Source: a virus (lineage: Duplodnaviria > Caudoviricetes). Taken from it: 64,000 bases of DNA. The stretch spans positions 1-64,000 of IMG/VR virus record IMGVR_UViG_3300021387_000535; one strand, 5' to 3'. Under the pieces are notes generated by a model, which was not told where the DNA came from, made no database searches, and saw only the letters and a program-made list of their open reading frames with translations. Of the stretch, positions 29,018-39,923 are shown in pieces. Each line of letters opens with the position of its first letter. Within the stretch, counting starts at the first letter, position 1. Position numbers and translations under genes: made by a program.

Positions 29018-29455
29018 ATGCTTAACAAGTCACGAATCGATATATATAATTACCTATATAACCTTTTCTTTGAAACGGTTACGGAGAATGTGTATTCGAT
29101 GAACGAGCCACAGGAACTCACTCCAGACGACACTAACGATGGATTTATTGTTATTCGTGTTGGCGATGTTATTGACGATAGTGAGTTTAGTGGTGAGGCT
29201 TATGGGCATGTGCGTTGTTACGTTGAGGCTTTCGTTCCCCCGATAAGTCGTGGTAGGCTTGATGTCGAAAAGTACAAGGCTTTTGAAGATAGTATTAACG
29301 ATGTCATTGCGGTTGCTACGATGGAAACTGGTGGTGAATACCACGTTCGAGAGGATAGTGTCATTTCTATGGATGGCGACGTTGCAAGCACGGCTAACAA
29401 TACCTATTTTTCTTTTATCAAATCATTTATCGTAGATATTACACAAATAGAATAA
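29018..29455 (+). CDS. Tail terminator
   Basis: Acidic 145 aa directly before the tail tube. Confidence 0.55.
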   Translation: MLNKSRIDIYNYLYNLFFETVTENVYSMNEPQELTPDDTNDGFIVIRVGDVIDDSEFSGEAYGHVRCYVEAFVPPISRGRLDVEKYKAFEDSINDVIAVATMETGGEYHVREDSVISMDGDVASTANNTYFSFIKSFIVDITQIE

Positions 29456-29498
29456 GTAATTACAATAAGTTTAACAACTAAAGAGAAAGGGAAATAAA

Positions 29499-29990
29499 AT
29501 GGCAAAGAAAACCACATTGAAGGCTATTAGCCTTGGTTATCGCGCAGTTGGTGCAACCACTGGCGACTATACTCCTCTTATGGGTGTTCTTAAGGGTCTT
29601 ACCATCGCACAGGATGACCCCGATAGCACCGAGATTGAGGCCGAGTTCTATGATGCTCCGTTTGATATTCAGTACGAAGGCAATCCCGTAACTTTCAACT
29701 TCGAGCTTGCAAACTACGACCTTTCGGAGCTGCCAGCAATCTTTGGCGGTACATACGATAGCCAGAACGACACCTACGAGGCTGCGCCAAGTGCATTCAC
29801 ATCCGAGCACGAGTGGAAGCTTGACTTCCAGCGCGGAAACGCTTCGCTCATCATCTACAAGGGGCTTACCGTTGGTACGGTAAAGAAAGACGAAGACGGA
29901 GCATTGAACTTCGCTGTTACCATCTCGTCGCTTGTTTACACCGACACGAATCAGGTCGACCACATGTACAAGATTGTTGGTGGTTCATAA
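29499..29990 (+). CDS. Major tail (tube) protein
   Basis: Acidic beta protein with high-expression codons, followed by a terminator and the chaperone gene. Confidence 0.75.
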   Translation: MAKKTTLKAISLGYRAVGATTGDYTPLMGVLKGLTIAQDDPDSTEIEAEFYDAPFDIQYEGNPVTFNFELANYDLSELPAIFGGTYDSQNDTYEAAPSAFTSEHEWKLDFQRGNASLIIYKGLTVGTVKKDEDGALNFAVTISSLVYTDTNQVDHMYKIVGGS

Positions 29991-30019
29991 TGTAGCGATT
30001 CTTTTGTTTTCGTGAACGT

Positions 30020-30063
30020 GGGGAGCGTTTATAGGGGTGTCCCCTGTGACGCTCCCCTTTTGG
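30020..30063 (+). terminator. Hairpin terminator/attenuator after the tail tube gene
   Basis: GGGAGCGT...ACGCTCCC stem with inner GGGG/CCCC, followed by TTTT. Confidence 0.65.
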
Positions 30064-30117
30064 TTTCACGTAGACAACAATAAATACTATTACAAACAAG
30101 AAAAACGTTCACGAAAT

Positions 30118-30702
30118 ATGGCAATAGAAAAAAAAGAAACAAAGGTGGAAGAGGACGGGCTAAAGGAGTTCCCGATAGATGTCAAGCGCGACATATTAGA
30201 CATAATAAACGATGCACCGTCACTTGTAAGGCTTGGTTCAAAGGAATACAAGGTTAAGGGTATGCGTTTCTATAGTGTCTATCGTATAGCGCGCTTGTGC
30301 TTGGATATGAAAGAGGCTGATGAGTTAATGGTAAGTGACGACAATAAGATTGTAACCGCGCTATGTACGGATTTAGATGCCATGTGTGAGATTATGGCTA
30401 TAATCCTTTGTAATCACTTGTTTACGCCAGATGGTGTATCAAGTAATGAAGAGGCTAACGAAAGGAACGAACGGCTTATTAGCACGATGAAAATGAAAGT
30501 TATGAATAGCACGTTTGAACCTAACGAATGGGCGGCAATCATATTGGGCGCATTGAAGAGCATCGATTTATCCGCTTTTTTTTTACTCAAAAAATCGGTG
30601 AGTACGGCTACGGATTCACTTCTGATGCGGAAGAGGAAATCACAGGAGACAGTATCACAGTTTATGGAAGCACTATCGTTGCAGACGCGGCAGACTTCAT
30701 AA
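30118..30702 (+). CDS. Tail assembly chaperone (G-like)
   Basis: Start MAIEKKE; lies between tube and tape measure genes. Confidence 0.75.
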   Translation: MAIEKKETKVEEDGLKEFPIDVKRDILDIINDAPSLVRLGSKEYKVKGMRFYSVYRIARLCLDMKEADELMVSDDNKIVTALCTDLDAMCEIMAIILCNHLFTPDGVSSNEEANERNERLISTMKMKVMNSTFEPNEWAAIILGALKSIDLSAFFLLKKSVSTATDSLLMRKRKSQETVSQFMEALSLQTRQTS

Positions 30703-30968
30703 GGGCATTTCCACAATACACCCTCAACGACTACCTTTTCACATTAAGTTGTGCGCAGATACAATTCATGGCGGTAGATAACACACACACGAAATACCTA
30801 CGTGGTACGGATAAGAAGGCGTGGAACAACTACGCGGAGGCGTTAAAGGCGCAGAACAAGCTTGGTAATTTCTTGGGCGGGCTTAACATGCCAAAGCTAA
30901 AGAAAGGCGAGGAGTACGAAGTTCCGATTAGAAAGCGGGACAACAAGAAAGTGAAAGATAAGAAATAA
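30576..30968 (+). CDS. -1 frameshift extension of the tail chaperone (GT-like)
   Basis: T9 run at 30576-30584 read GCT TTT TTT TTA; the -1 frame stays open to 30968, just before the tape measure ATG. Confidence 0.75.
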   Translation, partial: FFFTQKIGEYGYGFTSDAEEEITGDSITVYGSTIVADAADFIRAFPQYTLNDYLFTLSCAQIQFMAVDNTHTKYLRGTDKKAWNNYAEALKAQNKLGNFLGGLNMPKLKKGEEYEVPIRKRDNKKVKDKK

Positions 30969-30986
30969 CTTCTAAATCATATACGT

Positions 30987-33900
30987 ATGGCAACAAACCC
31001 AACCGTTGTTGTTGGTCACTTGAACGACCAAGAGTTAAAGAACAACATTAACGCCCTTGTTCAACATGTGAATGAGGGTATGAACAAGATTGTTCAAAGC
31101 ACGAATACAGCCGTTGAGAACATAAAGAACAAGCTAAAAGAGCTTGGTAACATAAATGTTAATGAACCGTCTTCAAAAAGCGGTTCTAATCGCGTGAGAA
31201 AGCAGAAGGAGGAAACCGAAGCGGTTAAAGAAACAACGAGGGCACGAAAAGAATTAAAGGTTACATTAGACCAAGAAGCAGCGGCTATGCAGAAAGCTTC
31301 TGCACCGAAAAGTGCGCGCGATAGCTTCTACGCCTTTGCTCAGGCATTTAAAGAAAGACGCGATGCGCTTGCACAACAAATTTCCGCGTTGGAAAAAACC
31401 GTCAATATGGCTATAGAAAAGAGAACGAATAATATAAATAGGCAAATAGACGAAGCGCGTAGAAAGATAATAGGGCTTAAAGACGAGTTAAACAAAGCAA
31501 ATGCTACAAATAATACCGCATGGGCACAGCAAGCAACAAGGGGTATTGAACAAGAAACGAACCACATTAAGAATCTTAAAAAAGAGCTTGCAAACGTAAA
31601 CAACGAGTTTGCAATACAGAGATTACAATTAGCGATGATGGCCGCGGAACATCATAAGGTCGCAAACGCAATGAACGAAAGTGTGGCTATTTCCGCAAAA
31701 AACACATCAGAAGCAAGAAGGAGAGCTTCTGCTGAAATGGATGCAACAAACGAAGCAAGGAAGCATACTGATGAAATAAGTCGTCAAGCTGGCGAGTTAA
31801 GAAAAGTTGTTGCTGCAGAAACACAAGAAATACAAGATTTGGAAACTATAACCAAGCTCGCAAAAGAAGCGCGACAATACATGAAAGAAACTGGTCGCAC
31901 GGCTTTTGATATTCCATATCTTCGTACCAATAGTGGTCTTACGTTTATTTACGCAGAAAACGACGAACGCGCAAAGGGTCTTACAATAGAACAACAAATT
32001 GCGAATCGTCTAAAAGAAAATAGTTCTTTATACCAAGAAAACGCGGTTTCTGCATCCAAGGTCGTTGACGAAGAGCGTAAAATAACGCAAGAGTTAGACA
32101 AAAGAAAGACATACAAAACGCCGACTACGGAAATCAACGAATCTTTCAAAAGGCTCACCGCAAAAGCTATTGGTATAGACCCATCTAATATGGTTAGTGG
32201 CGCAAGCACTGAAATTTCCAAAATGACAGCTTATGTGCGCCAACTTGAAACGGCATACACAAATCTTACCGAACGCGAAAGAAGAACACCATTTGGTCTT
32301 CAGCTTAGACAAGAAATACAAGCCACTTCGCGCACAATAAAAGGATTGCGTGCAGAGATGTCTCGCCCAATCAACTTAAAGGATGCTCTTGCTGGCTCGG
32401 AAAAAACATTGGACGATATTGCCTACAAAATACAACGTCTAAATGACTACAAGCGCGGTTTGAATATCACCGACCCAAAGCAAGTTGCGGAAATGCAACA
32501 AGTGGATAATGAGATAAATAGGTTGAATAAAGACTTGCAAAAGTACATGAGTAACACTAAGCAAGCCACACAATTGAACAACGCGCTATCCCGTTCGTGG
32601 AACTACATGAAAAACCGTCTTGCTTTCTACTTTACCGTTGGTGCAAGCACACAATTCGTGAAGAACCTTATCGACATTCGTTCGCAATACGAAATGAACG
32701 AACGTGCGTTGGGCATTCTTATCAATAGCGCGGAGCGTGGTACGCAGATATTTAACCAACTTTCGCAGATGGCGCTTGTATCGCCGTACACACTTATTGA
32801 ATTGTCTGCCGCAGCAAAGCAACTTGTGGCATACGATGTTGCCGCCCGTGATGTTGTGGATACTACACGTCGTTTGGCAGACATGGCAAGCGCCGTTGGC
32901 GTTCCAATGGAGCGTCTTACATACGCACTCGGTCAAATCAAAGCTTATGGTTATCTTAACTCGCGTGATAACCGTATGTTTGCTAATGCTGGCATTCCAC
33001 TTGTCAAACAACTCGCCGATTATTATACCGAGTTTGAAGGTAAGCTTGTTAGCACCGCCGATGTGTACGATAGAATTAAGAAAAAAGCCGTAAGCTATGG
33101 CGATGTGATGCAAGTCATTAACAAAATGACGGACGAAGGTGGAAAGTTCTTCGATTTCCAAGCGAAGATGGCAGATACGCTTAAAGTTCGCCTTGCTAAC
33201 CTTACGCTTGCATGGAACAACATGCTTAATGACATAGGTAAGGAAACGCAAGGGGTTTTAACTTTCGGCATCGGTGCACTAAAACAATTATTCTTAAATT
33301 GGAAAGCCTTTGATAAGGCCATAAAAGACGCAGCGATTGCTGGAGTAATAGTTGTTGCGTTTAGAGCTTTGAATGTAATGCTTGTAAAATCGGGGTTACA
33401 GTGGCGTATTCTTAGCAAGGAAATGACAACCGCTGGAATTGCAGGCGCTGGCGTCGCAAACAAAATGAATTTACTTGGCCGCTCGCTTGCGGGGCTTGCT
33501 AAAAATTCACTTACATGGTGGTCGTTGCTTGTTTTTTGGCTTGTTGAAGTTTTTCATGGTATATCCGACGCAAATGCAGCACAACGCGAATTCAATAAAT
33601 CCATGCGTGACGGTGCAAAAGACAACTACGACAACATTACTAAGTACCTTGACCAATATAAAAAGATACGCAATAGCTTATACAAAAACGAAGAATATTC
33701 CTTTGTAGACCCAGGCGGAATAGAGCGAACGCGCGTAAGGACTGTCGAGCAAGATATAGATAAAGGCGAAGCGTCAAAGGTTTGGGAATCAATGCGCGAG
33801 CAAATAGAGCTTACAACAACGGCAAGTAATGCTTATGTAGGCCAACTATTGCGCATAGATAACATTTCCGAAAGATTAAGGCGTGGATTTGCCATACTTG

Positions 33901-36900
33901 ATAATATACAGGAAGTTAACGCTGCTCTAAAAGATGTTGACGAAGATACAATAGAAGTAAATGGCGATTTGTCGTCTTGGTGGAATCTTTGGATGTTACC
34001 AGACGGTTTAATTGACAACCTTAAGGACTATAGAAAACAAATAAAGTTGGTTACTGATTCGTGGGGGAGTGTTCAAGAAGCAAGCAAAAATGCAAGCGTA
34101 GCAGCCGCAGACGACTTAGCCAACCTTTCTACGCAAGCAAGGAGGTTTCAATCCGACTTGAAAGATACAACAGATTCCATAATTGAGTTTATAAATTTAA
34201 AAGGGTGGGGTAATGATGAAAATAAAATTAATGAGGCTTTTGAACAAATAACAAATAAAATAGTAACCGAAAACCAACTAAGCCCGCAAGAAGCATTCGA
34301 ACTTCAACTTGGAGTGGAAAACGCACGTTCTCAAGCCGCAAAACAAGCGTTAGAAGCACGAATAGAAGACGAGAAAGCCGCACTAAAGGTAGCGTATAGC
34401 GATGAGGTTGCCGAAGCGTTGAAAGCCGACCAAACAAGGCTTGCCAATTGGGCTAAGTTCAACGGTGAAAGCCGCGTGTATTGGGATAACTTCACGAAGT
34501 ACATCAAGGAACGCCACATAAGCGAATTGCAAGCCGCCTATAACAAGATGACCGAGAACGGTACGGTTGCAATGAACTACCAATCGCAAGAATGGTTCGA
34601 ATTCGTCCGTAGTTGGGCTAACAAGTATGAAAAAGAAAACGGTTACGCCCAAGATAGCGTTTTCAATAGGTTGCGTAATTGGATTAACGACGCGAATAAT
34701 TGGAAGGTGTTTATCAAGCTTACGATTAGCACCGAGGACGGCAAGTCAGTTTATGATGTACTAACGGAGGCCGACACCGCCGCGAATGATGCTTATAAGA
34801 AGATTGAACGCCTTAAAAGACGTAGAGGTGAATTAGAGAAAATGGGTGGTGCTGCTTCATCAGACCTTAAGGTTGCAACGGAATATCGTAATACGGTCAA
34901 GGAGATAGCTACCGCCGAACAACATTACAACGACGCACTTGCGAAAGGTGGCCACTCGCAAAAAGAAGATACCGAGAACAAGAAAGCGGGAGCAAGGGCA
35001 GCACGCGAGGCGGCAAAAGCACAACGCGAGGCCGAATCGGAATTGCAACGCGCACTTAAAGACGAATTGTCCTTGATTGACAAGGTGCGTAGCCAATACA
35101 AGAAGCTAACCGATGCGGGCGTGTCAAATACCACCGCCTTAACGATGGTTACAACGCAGTTCAATAACTCAATAGAACATATTAACAAGGTTCTTGGAAA
35201 GAACGGTTTGCCGTTGTTTAACATCAAAACGTTTGCTGGTACGGACAATCCGCGCGAAATCCTTAACATGCTTAAGGCTCAACTCGAAGCGGCAAAGCTC
35301 GCAAAGAATATCAAGCCAGCGGAAATCAAAGACCTTGAAATCAAGTATGGCGAAATCGTTATAGACGCGAAAGCTTACGATACTAAAAAAATCGCCGATG
35401 GGCTTAACAATGAACTTGGCAAGATTAAGGACGAATACGAACTTGCCGTGGAATTGGATGCAAACCCAGAATTGGGCGGTTTGTTTGAGGACATGCTCGG
35501 CATAGACATGAGGGATTTGCCACAAACATTCGGCGAGGCTTTTGATAAGGCTAACGACATAGCAAAAAAGAAGCTTTCCGAACTAAAGGTCGATGTTCGC
35601 GACTTTGACTTGATGCGTACCGTTATAACGCCCGATGAAAACAACATGTGGGAGGGGCTTACGTTCGATAGCGAATTTGTTAAGAACCTTACAAAATGGC
35701 AAAAGACATTCCGCGATATGTTCCAAAAGAACATTGCAGATACGGAAAAGATGCTTGACGACTTTGTTAAAAAGTACGGCGACTATTCGGATAAGATGGC
35801 GGAAATCGAGGCCAATAGGCTTAACGAAATTAAGCGATTGAATGAAGCGTATTACACGGAGGAAATGCGCACACGCCCCGAATACCTCGCAAAGCTCAAC
35901 GCGATAGAGGCAAAGGCGAATAAGGAGCGTGGGCGTGTAAAGCTTGACGAGTTCAAGAATTCAAGTCTTTACGTCGCAATGTTTGAAAACCTACAATATG
36001 CCGCCACCGAAACGCTTGTTGCTATCCGCGAAAAGCTTGATACGCTTAAGAAGGAAATGGGCGAGTTAGACCCCCAACAACTCAAATCGATACAACAACA
36101 GTTTGAGAAGATAAACACGGAACTTTTGCGGCGTAATCCGTACAAAGGGCTTATAAAGAACGCGAAGAACTACATTAAAACGTTGGGCAAGAGTAGAAAG
36201 ATTGCGCAACAAGACTTTAAGATTGCACAAGACAAATACGACGCGCAACTTGAAATCGTTACAAAGAAGAAAGAGGAACTTGAGCAAATAAAGGCGCAAG
36301 AACCCTTTAACAAATTTGCCATAGCAATAGTTGCCGCTCAAGTTGGCAAGGAGGACGAAAAACTCCAAAAGCTAAAAAAAGAGCTTGAGCTTGCCAACGA
36401 ACTCAACGACCAGTACAACTTGATGACCAAAATCTTCAAGGAACAAGCAAACGCAATAGCAACCGATGTTCAGAAAATAGCGAACAACCTACAAGCCCTT
36501 GGTGAGTTCCGTGATACACTTAACGGTTTGTTCGGTATTGACGCATCGAAAGGAGAAACGTTGCTTGGACACAACATCGATGGTATTGTTGATGGCTTGA
36601 CGAAAGTCGGCGACGGGCTTAACCAAGTCGTTTCATCCGCGCAAAGCCACAACGCGGTTGGTGTTGCTACTGGCGTTATCAATACCGTTGCTGGTATCGG
36701 TGATTCTATCGCAAGCGTGTTTGGTGATGGTTCGGCACGCACGCGGCGCTTGAACCGCGAGATTTACAAAAGCAAAGATGCGGTGCGTGAACTTAACCTC
36801 GCGTACAAAGACCTTGAGCGTGCCGTTGAGCGTGCCACGGGTACTGAAGAGACTTCCGCACGGCGAATGGAAATCGCGAACAAGGAGGCCGAGATGGCCG

Positions 36901-37691
36901 AGATACAACGCCAGATGGAACTTGAACGTAGAAAGCGCTCGAAAGACCGCGATAACGACGCGATAAAAGAGTACGAGGAAACGATTCAAGATTTGCGTAA
37001 TGAGATAGCGGATTTGAAAGACGACCTTGTGAACAACCTACTTGGTAGCGACGTGAAATCCGCCGCCGAAGACTTTGTTGACACTTGGGTTGATGCTTGG
37101 CGTGCGGGCGAGACCACGCTTGATGCCATAACAACGAAGATGGATGAAATGATTTACAATCTCATCAAGAAGGCGGCAACATCAAAGATTGTAAGCGTGT
37201 TGTTAGACCCGTTGTACAAAGCCGTTGATAGGTTCACGCAAACAAGTTCGGAGGGTGGCTACGACTTAACGACGAACGAGTTGAGTTCCATCGCACAGTT
37301 GGCTGGTGAACTTGGCATTAAGATTAACGATGCACTTGGTGCTTTCTACGGTAATCTTGCCAACCTTAATATTATCAACAAGAACATTGAAAACGGCGAC
37401 GACGAGTTGTCGGCACTACAAGCTGGCATACAAGGTATCACCGAAGACACCGCTGGCGCTTTGGAAGCCTACATGAATAGTGTATCACAACAAGTGTACC
37501 TACAAAGTGACTTGCTAACACAAATCCGTGATGCGGTCGTGATGTTCAATACGGATGTGCAGGTCGCTACGATAAGTCAGATATTGCTTCAACTACAAAG
37601 TAGCTATCAAGTGCAAATGTCGATACAAGGTATTCTTGAAGGATGGTCAAATGCAAGTGGCCAAGCAATGCGTGTTGAACTAATGAACTAA
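30987..37691 (+). CDS. Tape measure protein
   Basis: 2234-aa helical protein; tape-measure domain ALVSPYTLIEL..AAKQL.AY...LGQIKA.G.L. Confidence 0.92.
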   Translation: MATNPTVVVGHLNDQELKNNINALVQHVNEGMNKIVQSTNTAVENIKNKLKELGNINVNEPSSKSGSNRVRKQKEETEAVKETTRARKELKVTLDQEAAAMQKASAPKSARDSFYAFAQAFKERRDALAQQISALEKTVNMAIEKRTNNINRQIDEARRKIIGLKDELNKANATNNTAWAQQATRGIEQETNHIKNLKKELANVNNEFAIQRLQLAMMAAEHHKVANAMNESVAISAKNTSEARRRASAEMDATNEARKHTDEISRQAGELRKVVAAETQEIQDLETITKLAKEARQYMKETGRTAFDIPYLRTNSGLTFIYAENDERAKGLTIEQQIANRLKENSSLYQENAVSASKVVDEERKITQELDKRKTYKTPTTEINESFKRLTAKAIGIDPSNMVSGASTEISKMTAYVRQLETAYTNLTERERRTPFGLQLRQEIQATSRTIKGLRAEMSRPINLKDALAGSEKTLDDIAYKIQRLNDYKRGLNITDPKQVAEMQQVDNEINRLNKDLQKYMSNTKQATQLNNALSRSWNYMKNRLAFYFTVGASTQFVKNLIDIRSQYEMNERALGILINSAERGTQIFNQLSQMALVSPYTLIELSAAAKQLVAYDVAARDVVDTTRRLADMASAVGVPMERLTYALGQIKAYGYLNSRDNRMFANAGIPLVKQLADYYTEFEGKLVSTADVYDRIKKKAVSYGDVMQVINKMTDEGGKFFDFQAKMADTLKVRLANLTLAWNNMLNDIGKETQGVLTFGIGALKQLFLNWKAFDKAIKDAAIAGVIVVAFRALNVMLVKSGLQWRILSKEMTTAGIAGAGVANKMNLLGRSLAGLAKNSLTWWSLLVFWLVEVFHGISDANAAQREFNKSMRDGAKDNYDNITKYLDQYKKIRNSLYKNEEYSFVDPGGIERTRVRTVEQDIDKGEASKVWESMREQIELTTTASNAYVGQLLRIDNISERLRRGFAILDNIQEVNAALKDVDEDTIEVNGDLSSWWNLWMLPDGLIDNLKDYRKQIKLVTDSWGSVQEASKNASVAAADDLANLSTQARRFQSDLKDTTDSIIEFINLKGWGNDENKINEAFEQITNKIVTENQLSPQEAFELQLGVENARSQAAKQALEARIEDEKAALKVAYSDEVAEALKADQTRLANWAKFNGESRVYWDNFTKYIKERHISELQAAYNKMTENGTVAMNYQSQEWFEFVRSWANKYEKENGYAQDSVFNRLRNWINDANNWKVFIKLTISTEDGKSVYDVLTEADTAANDAYKKIERLKRRRGELEKMGGAASSDLKVATEYRNTVKEIATAEQHYNDALAKGGHSQKEDTENKKAGARAAREAAKAQREAESELQRALKDELSLIDKVRSQYKKLTDAGVSNTTALTMVTTQFNNSIEHINKVLGKNGLPLFNIKTFAGTDNPREILNMLKAQLEAAKLAKNIKPAEIKDLEIKYGEIVIDAKAYDTKKIADGLNNELGKIKDEYELAVELDANPELGGLFEDMLGIDMRDLPQTFGEAFDKANDIAKKKLSELKVDVRDFDLMRTVITPDENNMWEGLTFDSEFVKNLTKWQKTFRDMFQKNIADTEKMLDDFVKKYGDYSDKMAEIEANRLNEIKRLNEAYYTEEMRTRPEYLAKLNAIEAKANKERGRVKLDEFKNSSLYVAMFENLQYAATETLVAIREKLDTLKKEMGELDPQQLKSIQQQFEKINTELLRRNPYKGLIKNAKNYIKTLGKSRKIAQQDFKIAQDKYDAQLEIVTKKKEELEQIKAQEPFNKFAIAIVAAQVGKEDEKLQKLKKELELANELNDQYNLMTKIFKEQANAIATDVQKIANNLQALGEFRDTLNGLFGIDASKGETLLGHNIDGIVDGLTKVGDGLNQVVSSAQSHNAVGVATGVINTVAGIGDSIASVFGDGSARTRRLNREIYKSKDAVRELNLAYKDLERAVERATGTEETSARRMEIANKEAEMAEIQRQMELERRKRSKDRDNDAIKEYEETIQDLRNEIADLKDDLVNNLLGSDVKSAAEDFVDTWVDAWRAGETTLDAITTKMDEMIYNLIKKAATSKIVSVLLDPLYKAVDRFTQTSSEGGYDLTTNELSSIAQLAGELGIKINDALGAFYGNLANLNIINKNIENGDDELSALQAGIQGITEDTAGALEAYMNSVSQQVYLQSDLLTQIRDAVVMFNTDVQVATISQILLQLQSSYQVQMSIQGILEGWSNASGQAMRVELMN

Positions 37692-37701
37692 TCATACGTA
37701 T

Positions 37702-38286
37702 ATGGATAAAGAATTTTTCGGTTTCCTTAAGGACGCTTACGAAAGTGGGCTATGCAACGAATATAGGGACGAACTACGGCGATGCGGCGATGACAAGCTC
37801 CTACTTATGGGGCTTGCCATGCGCCAACAATCAATCCCGTATATCGCAACAAAATTGCACGATGGTGTACTTACTAAGGAATGGGTGCAAAATGCGTTTA
37901 GCGGCTATTTAAACGGCTTTATATTGAATGATTGCGATGGCGTTGATGGCTACAAGTACACATGGTACATCGATTACGATTACGCAAATGATTTGTTGGT
38001 TGATGTTGATGTTATGCACATATCATTCACAAAGGGGGCTTACGTGAACGTTCCGATAACACGTTGCCCGATTATCTATGTGAGCAATGATAGCGACATA
38101 CGGTTGTCTTGCGATGGCTTTAATAACATAAAGCTATACATGTTTGACACATCAAAGGTAACACTTGACGATATTGATAGCGACACGCAAGTAACTATAT
38201 ACAAATATAGCGATAGTGCTTGTGTCGACTACGGTAGATTTTGTTTTGGTAAGATTAAAGAATTCAATAAAGAACTACGATTATGA
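37702..38286 (+). CDS. Hypothetical tail-associated protein
   Basis: Operon position. Confidence 0.6.
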   Translation: MDKEFFGFLKDAYESGLCNEYRDELRRCGDDKLLLMGLAMRQQSIPYIATKLHDGVLTKEWVQNAFSGYLNGFILNDCDGVDGYKYTWYIDYDYANDLLVDVDVMHISFTKGAYVNVPITRCPIIYVSNDSDIRLSCDGFNNIKLYMFDTSKVTLDDIDSDTQVTIYKYSDSACVDYGRFCFGKIKEFNKELRL

Positions 38287-38765
38287 ATGACAGTAGGAAT
38301 AGGTATTATGTCAAGAAGGAAAGCGGTGAACAGTTTACCGATATTACAGAGCTTTTCGACGGCGTTGCCGTACTTAAGATGAATGGATTGCTTGCAAAGG
38401 GAAAGCCAGTGAACATTTACACGGCGCAATGGATTGACGAACAAGAAGAAGACTTTTTGATAACAACAATCGATGAGCACAACACACCCGTTGTCATCCG
38501 CGAGAACGTTGACATAGAGCTAACGTTTATCATCCGCGAGAAATATGCGGTAGGTAATATCGATGTACAAACCGTACACGACAACTTTGTGTCGTATATG
38601 ACCGATTCGGACGTATGGCTTAAAACGTCGTACCTTGGGAACAAGTATGCGCATTGTGTTTGTCTCAAAGAATATCAACCGACCACGATTAAGCTTGACC
38701 GAGGTGAGAAATCATACATCATGGGAACTATTACCTTACATTGCTTGGATACACCGAAGCTTTGA
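38283..38765 (+). CDS. Distal tail (Dit)-like protein
   Basis: 160-aa beta protein after the tape measure gene. Confidence 0.5.
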   Translation: MNDSRNRYYVKKESGEQFTDITELFDGVAVLKMNGLLAKGKPVNIYTAQWIDEQEEDFLITTIDEHNTPVVIRENVDIELTFIIREKYAVGNIDVQTVHDNFVSYMTDSDVWLKTSYLGNKYAHCVCLKEYQPTTIKLDRGEKSYIMGTITLHCLDTPKL

Positions 38766-38811
38766 ACATATTGCTATTATACGTGCTACTATTTTCTTAT
38801 TTGTAAGAAAC

Positions 38812-38843
38812 AAAGCCCGACATCCGTGAGGACATCGGGCTTT
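38812..38843. terminator. Bidirectional terminator between convergent operons
   Basis: AAAGCCCGA...TCGGGCTTT stem with CC-GTGA-GG apex. Confidence 0.75.
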
Positions 38844-38864
38844 ACCCATTTAACCCTTGTTATC

Positions 38865-39110
38865 TTAATCCCGTTTGAATAGTCGGGCGTACCAAGGTTT
38901 TTTCTCCGACGCGTCGCTACATGTGGCAACGCTTGCAATTTGGCTATCCAAGCGGTCTTGCATGTTCTTGATAACACCTTTAAGCCTTTCGTTTTCCGCG
39001 ATGACGGAATCAAGCTTGTTTTGCAATGTCGTGTTCCGCGACTTCATTCCAACAAGACGTTTCTTTAGATGCCTTACGTCTTCAATCTTGTTTTCTTGTT
39101 CTTCACTCAT
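38865..39110 (-). CDS. Small coiled-coil protein
   Basis: 81 aa, ends KKPWYARLF. Confidence 0.6.
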   Translation of the reverse strand: MSEEQENKIEDVRHLKKRLVGMKSRNTTLQNKLDSVIAENERLKGVIKNMQDRLDSQIASVATCSDASEKKPWYARLFKRD

Positions 39111-39143
39111 TTTTTTAAACGTTTAAAAAGTAAATATATATAT

Positions 39144-39551
39144 TTAGAAATCAGGTCTATTATAGTCGTCCAAGTTCGGTTGCTCGGTGCTATTCCCAAA
39201 CGACTCGGCTATCATTTTTTTCTCAACCTTTAACGACTTCCTTGGGTATGCCGCGATGTTTATCGCTTGTATTAGCACGCTATAGCCATCCACCATGCGA
39301 CCTTGTTCTATCGCGTATGGCATAATCTCGCCCTTCACTTGCACCAACATGCCACGGCTAAAATACTTGTTGATATATCCGCGCTTCTTTTCGTTTCCGC
39401 TATAGATACATTTCCATGATATTACCTTATCATCGATTATCTCGCCATTAGCCTTACGGTAGCCTTTCTTATATTCATCAACCCATATCAAGATACATTC
39501 TTGTTGGTATTTGATGTTTGTTATATGTCCCAATACTTGAAAGTCCGCCAT
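39144..39551 (-). CDS. ssb: Single-stranded DNA-binding protein
   Basis: OB-fold pattern (KGMLVQVKGE-like RGMLVQVKGE) and acidic/Phe C-terminal tail (DDYNRPDF). Confidence 0.65.
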   Translation of the reverse strand: MADFQVLGHITNIKYQQECILIWVDEYKKGYRKANGEIIDDKVISWKCIYSGNEKKRGYINKYFSRGMLVQVKGEIMPYAIEQGRMVDGYSVLIQAINIAAYPRKSLKVEKKMIAESFGNSTEQPNLDDYNRPDF

Positions 39552-39557
39552 AACATT

Positions 39558-39920
39558 TCATTTAAGCCCGTTTCCGCGCGTTCTAAGCGATTTTCTACCC
39601 GCGTGTGGGCAAGTTATCGGCTCACCATCAGAAACGCCGTTAGAATCGATTTGCGTGCCTTTGTCGATTTCCACAACTGTCATCACGCAATATGTGGCTA
39701 TATCAAGTAGGTTATCGCGCATACTTTCATGGTATTTCATTTTCTGCCCCTTTAGCATGTTCTTGATGCGATTGAGCTTGTCGTTGATGCGCGCAACGGC
39801 TGGAACATAGCCAAACTCCGCGATGGTGTCGCCAAAGCTATTGCCATAGTCGGAATTCTTGGCTTCAAACGTTTGTAGCATTTCCTCCAATACGATGTCA
39901 AATGATTCAATACTTGCCAT
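39558..39920 (-). CDS. Nucleotide-modification-associated domain 1 (DUF1599/Nmad1-like)
   Basis: KNSDYGNSF, RINDKLNR, ESMRDNLLDIATY motifs. Confidence 0.8.
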   Translation of the reverse strand: MASIESFDIVLEEMLQTFEAKNSDYGNSFGDTIAEFGYVPAVARINDKLNRIKNMLKGQKMKYHESMRDNLLDIATYCVMTVVEIDKGTQIDSNGVSDGEPITCPHAGRKSLRTRGNGLK

Positions 39921-39923
39921 AAC

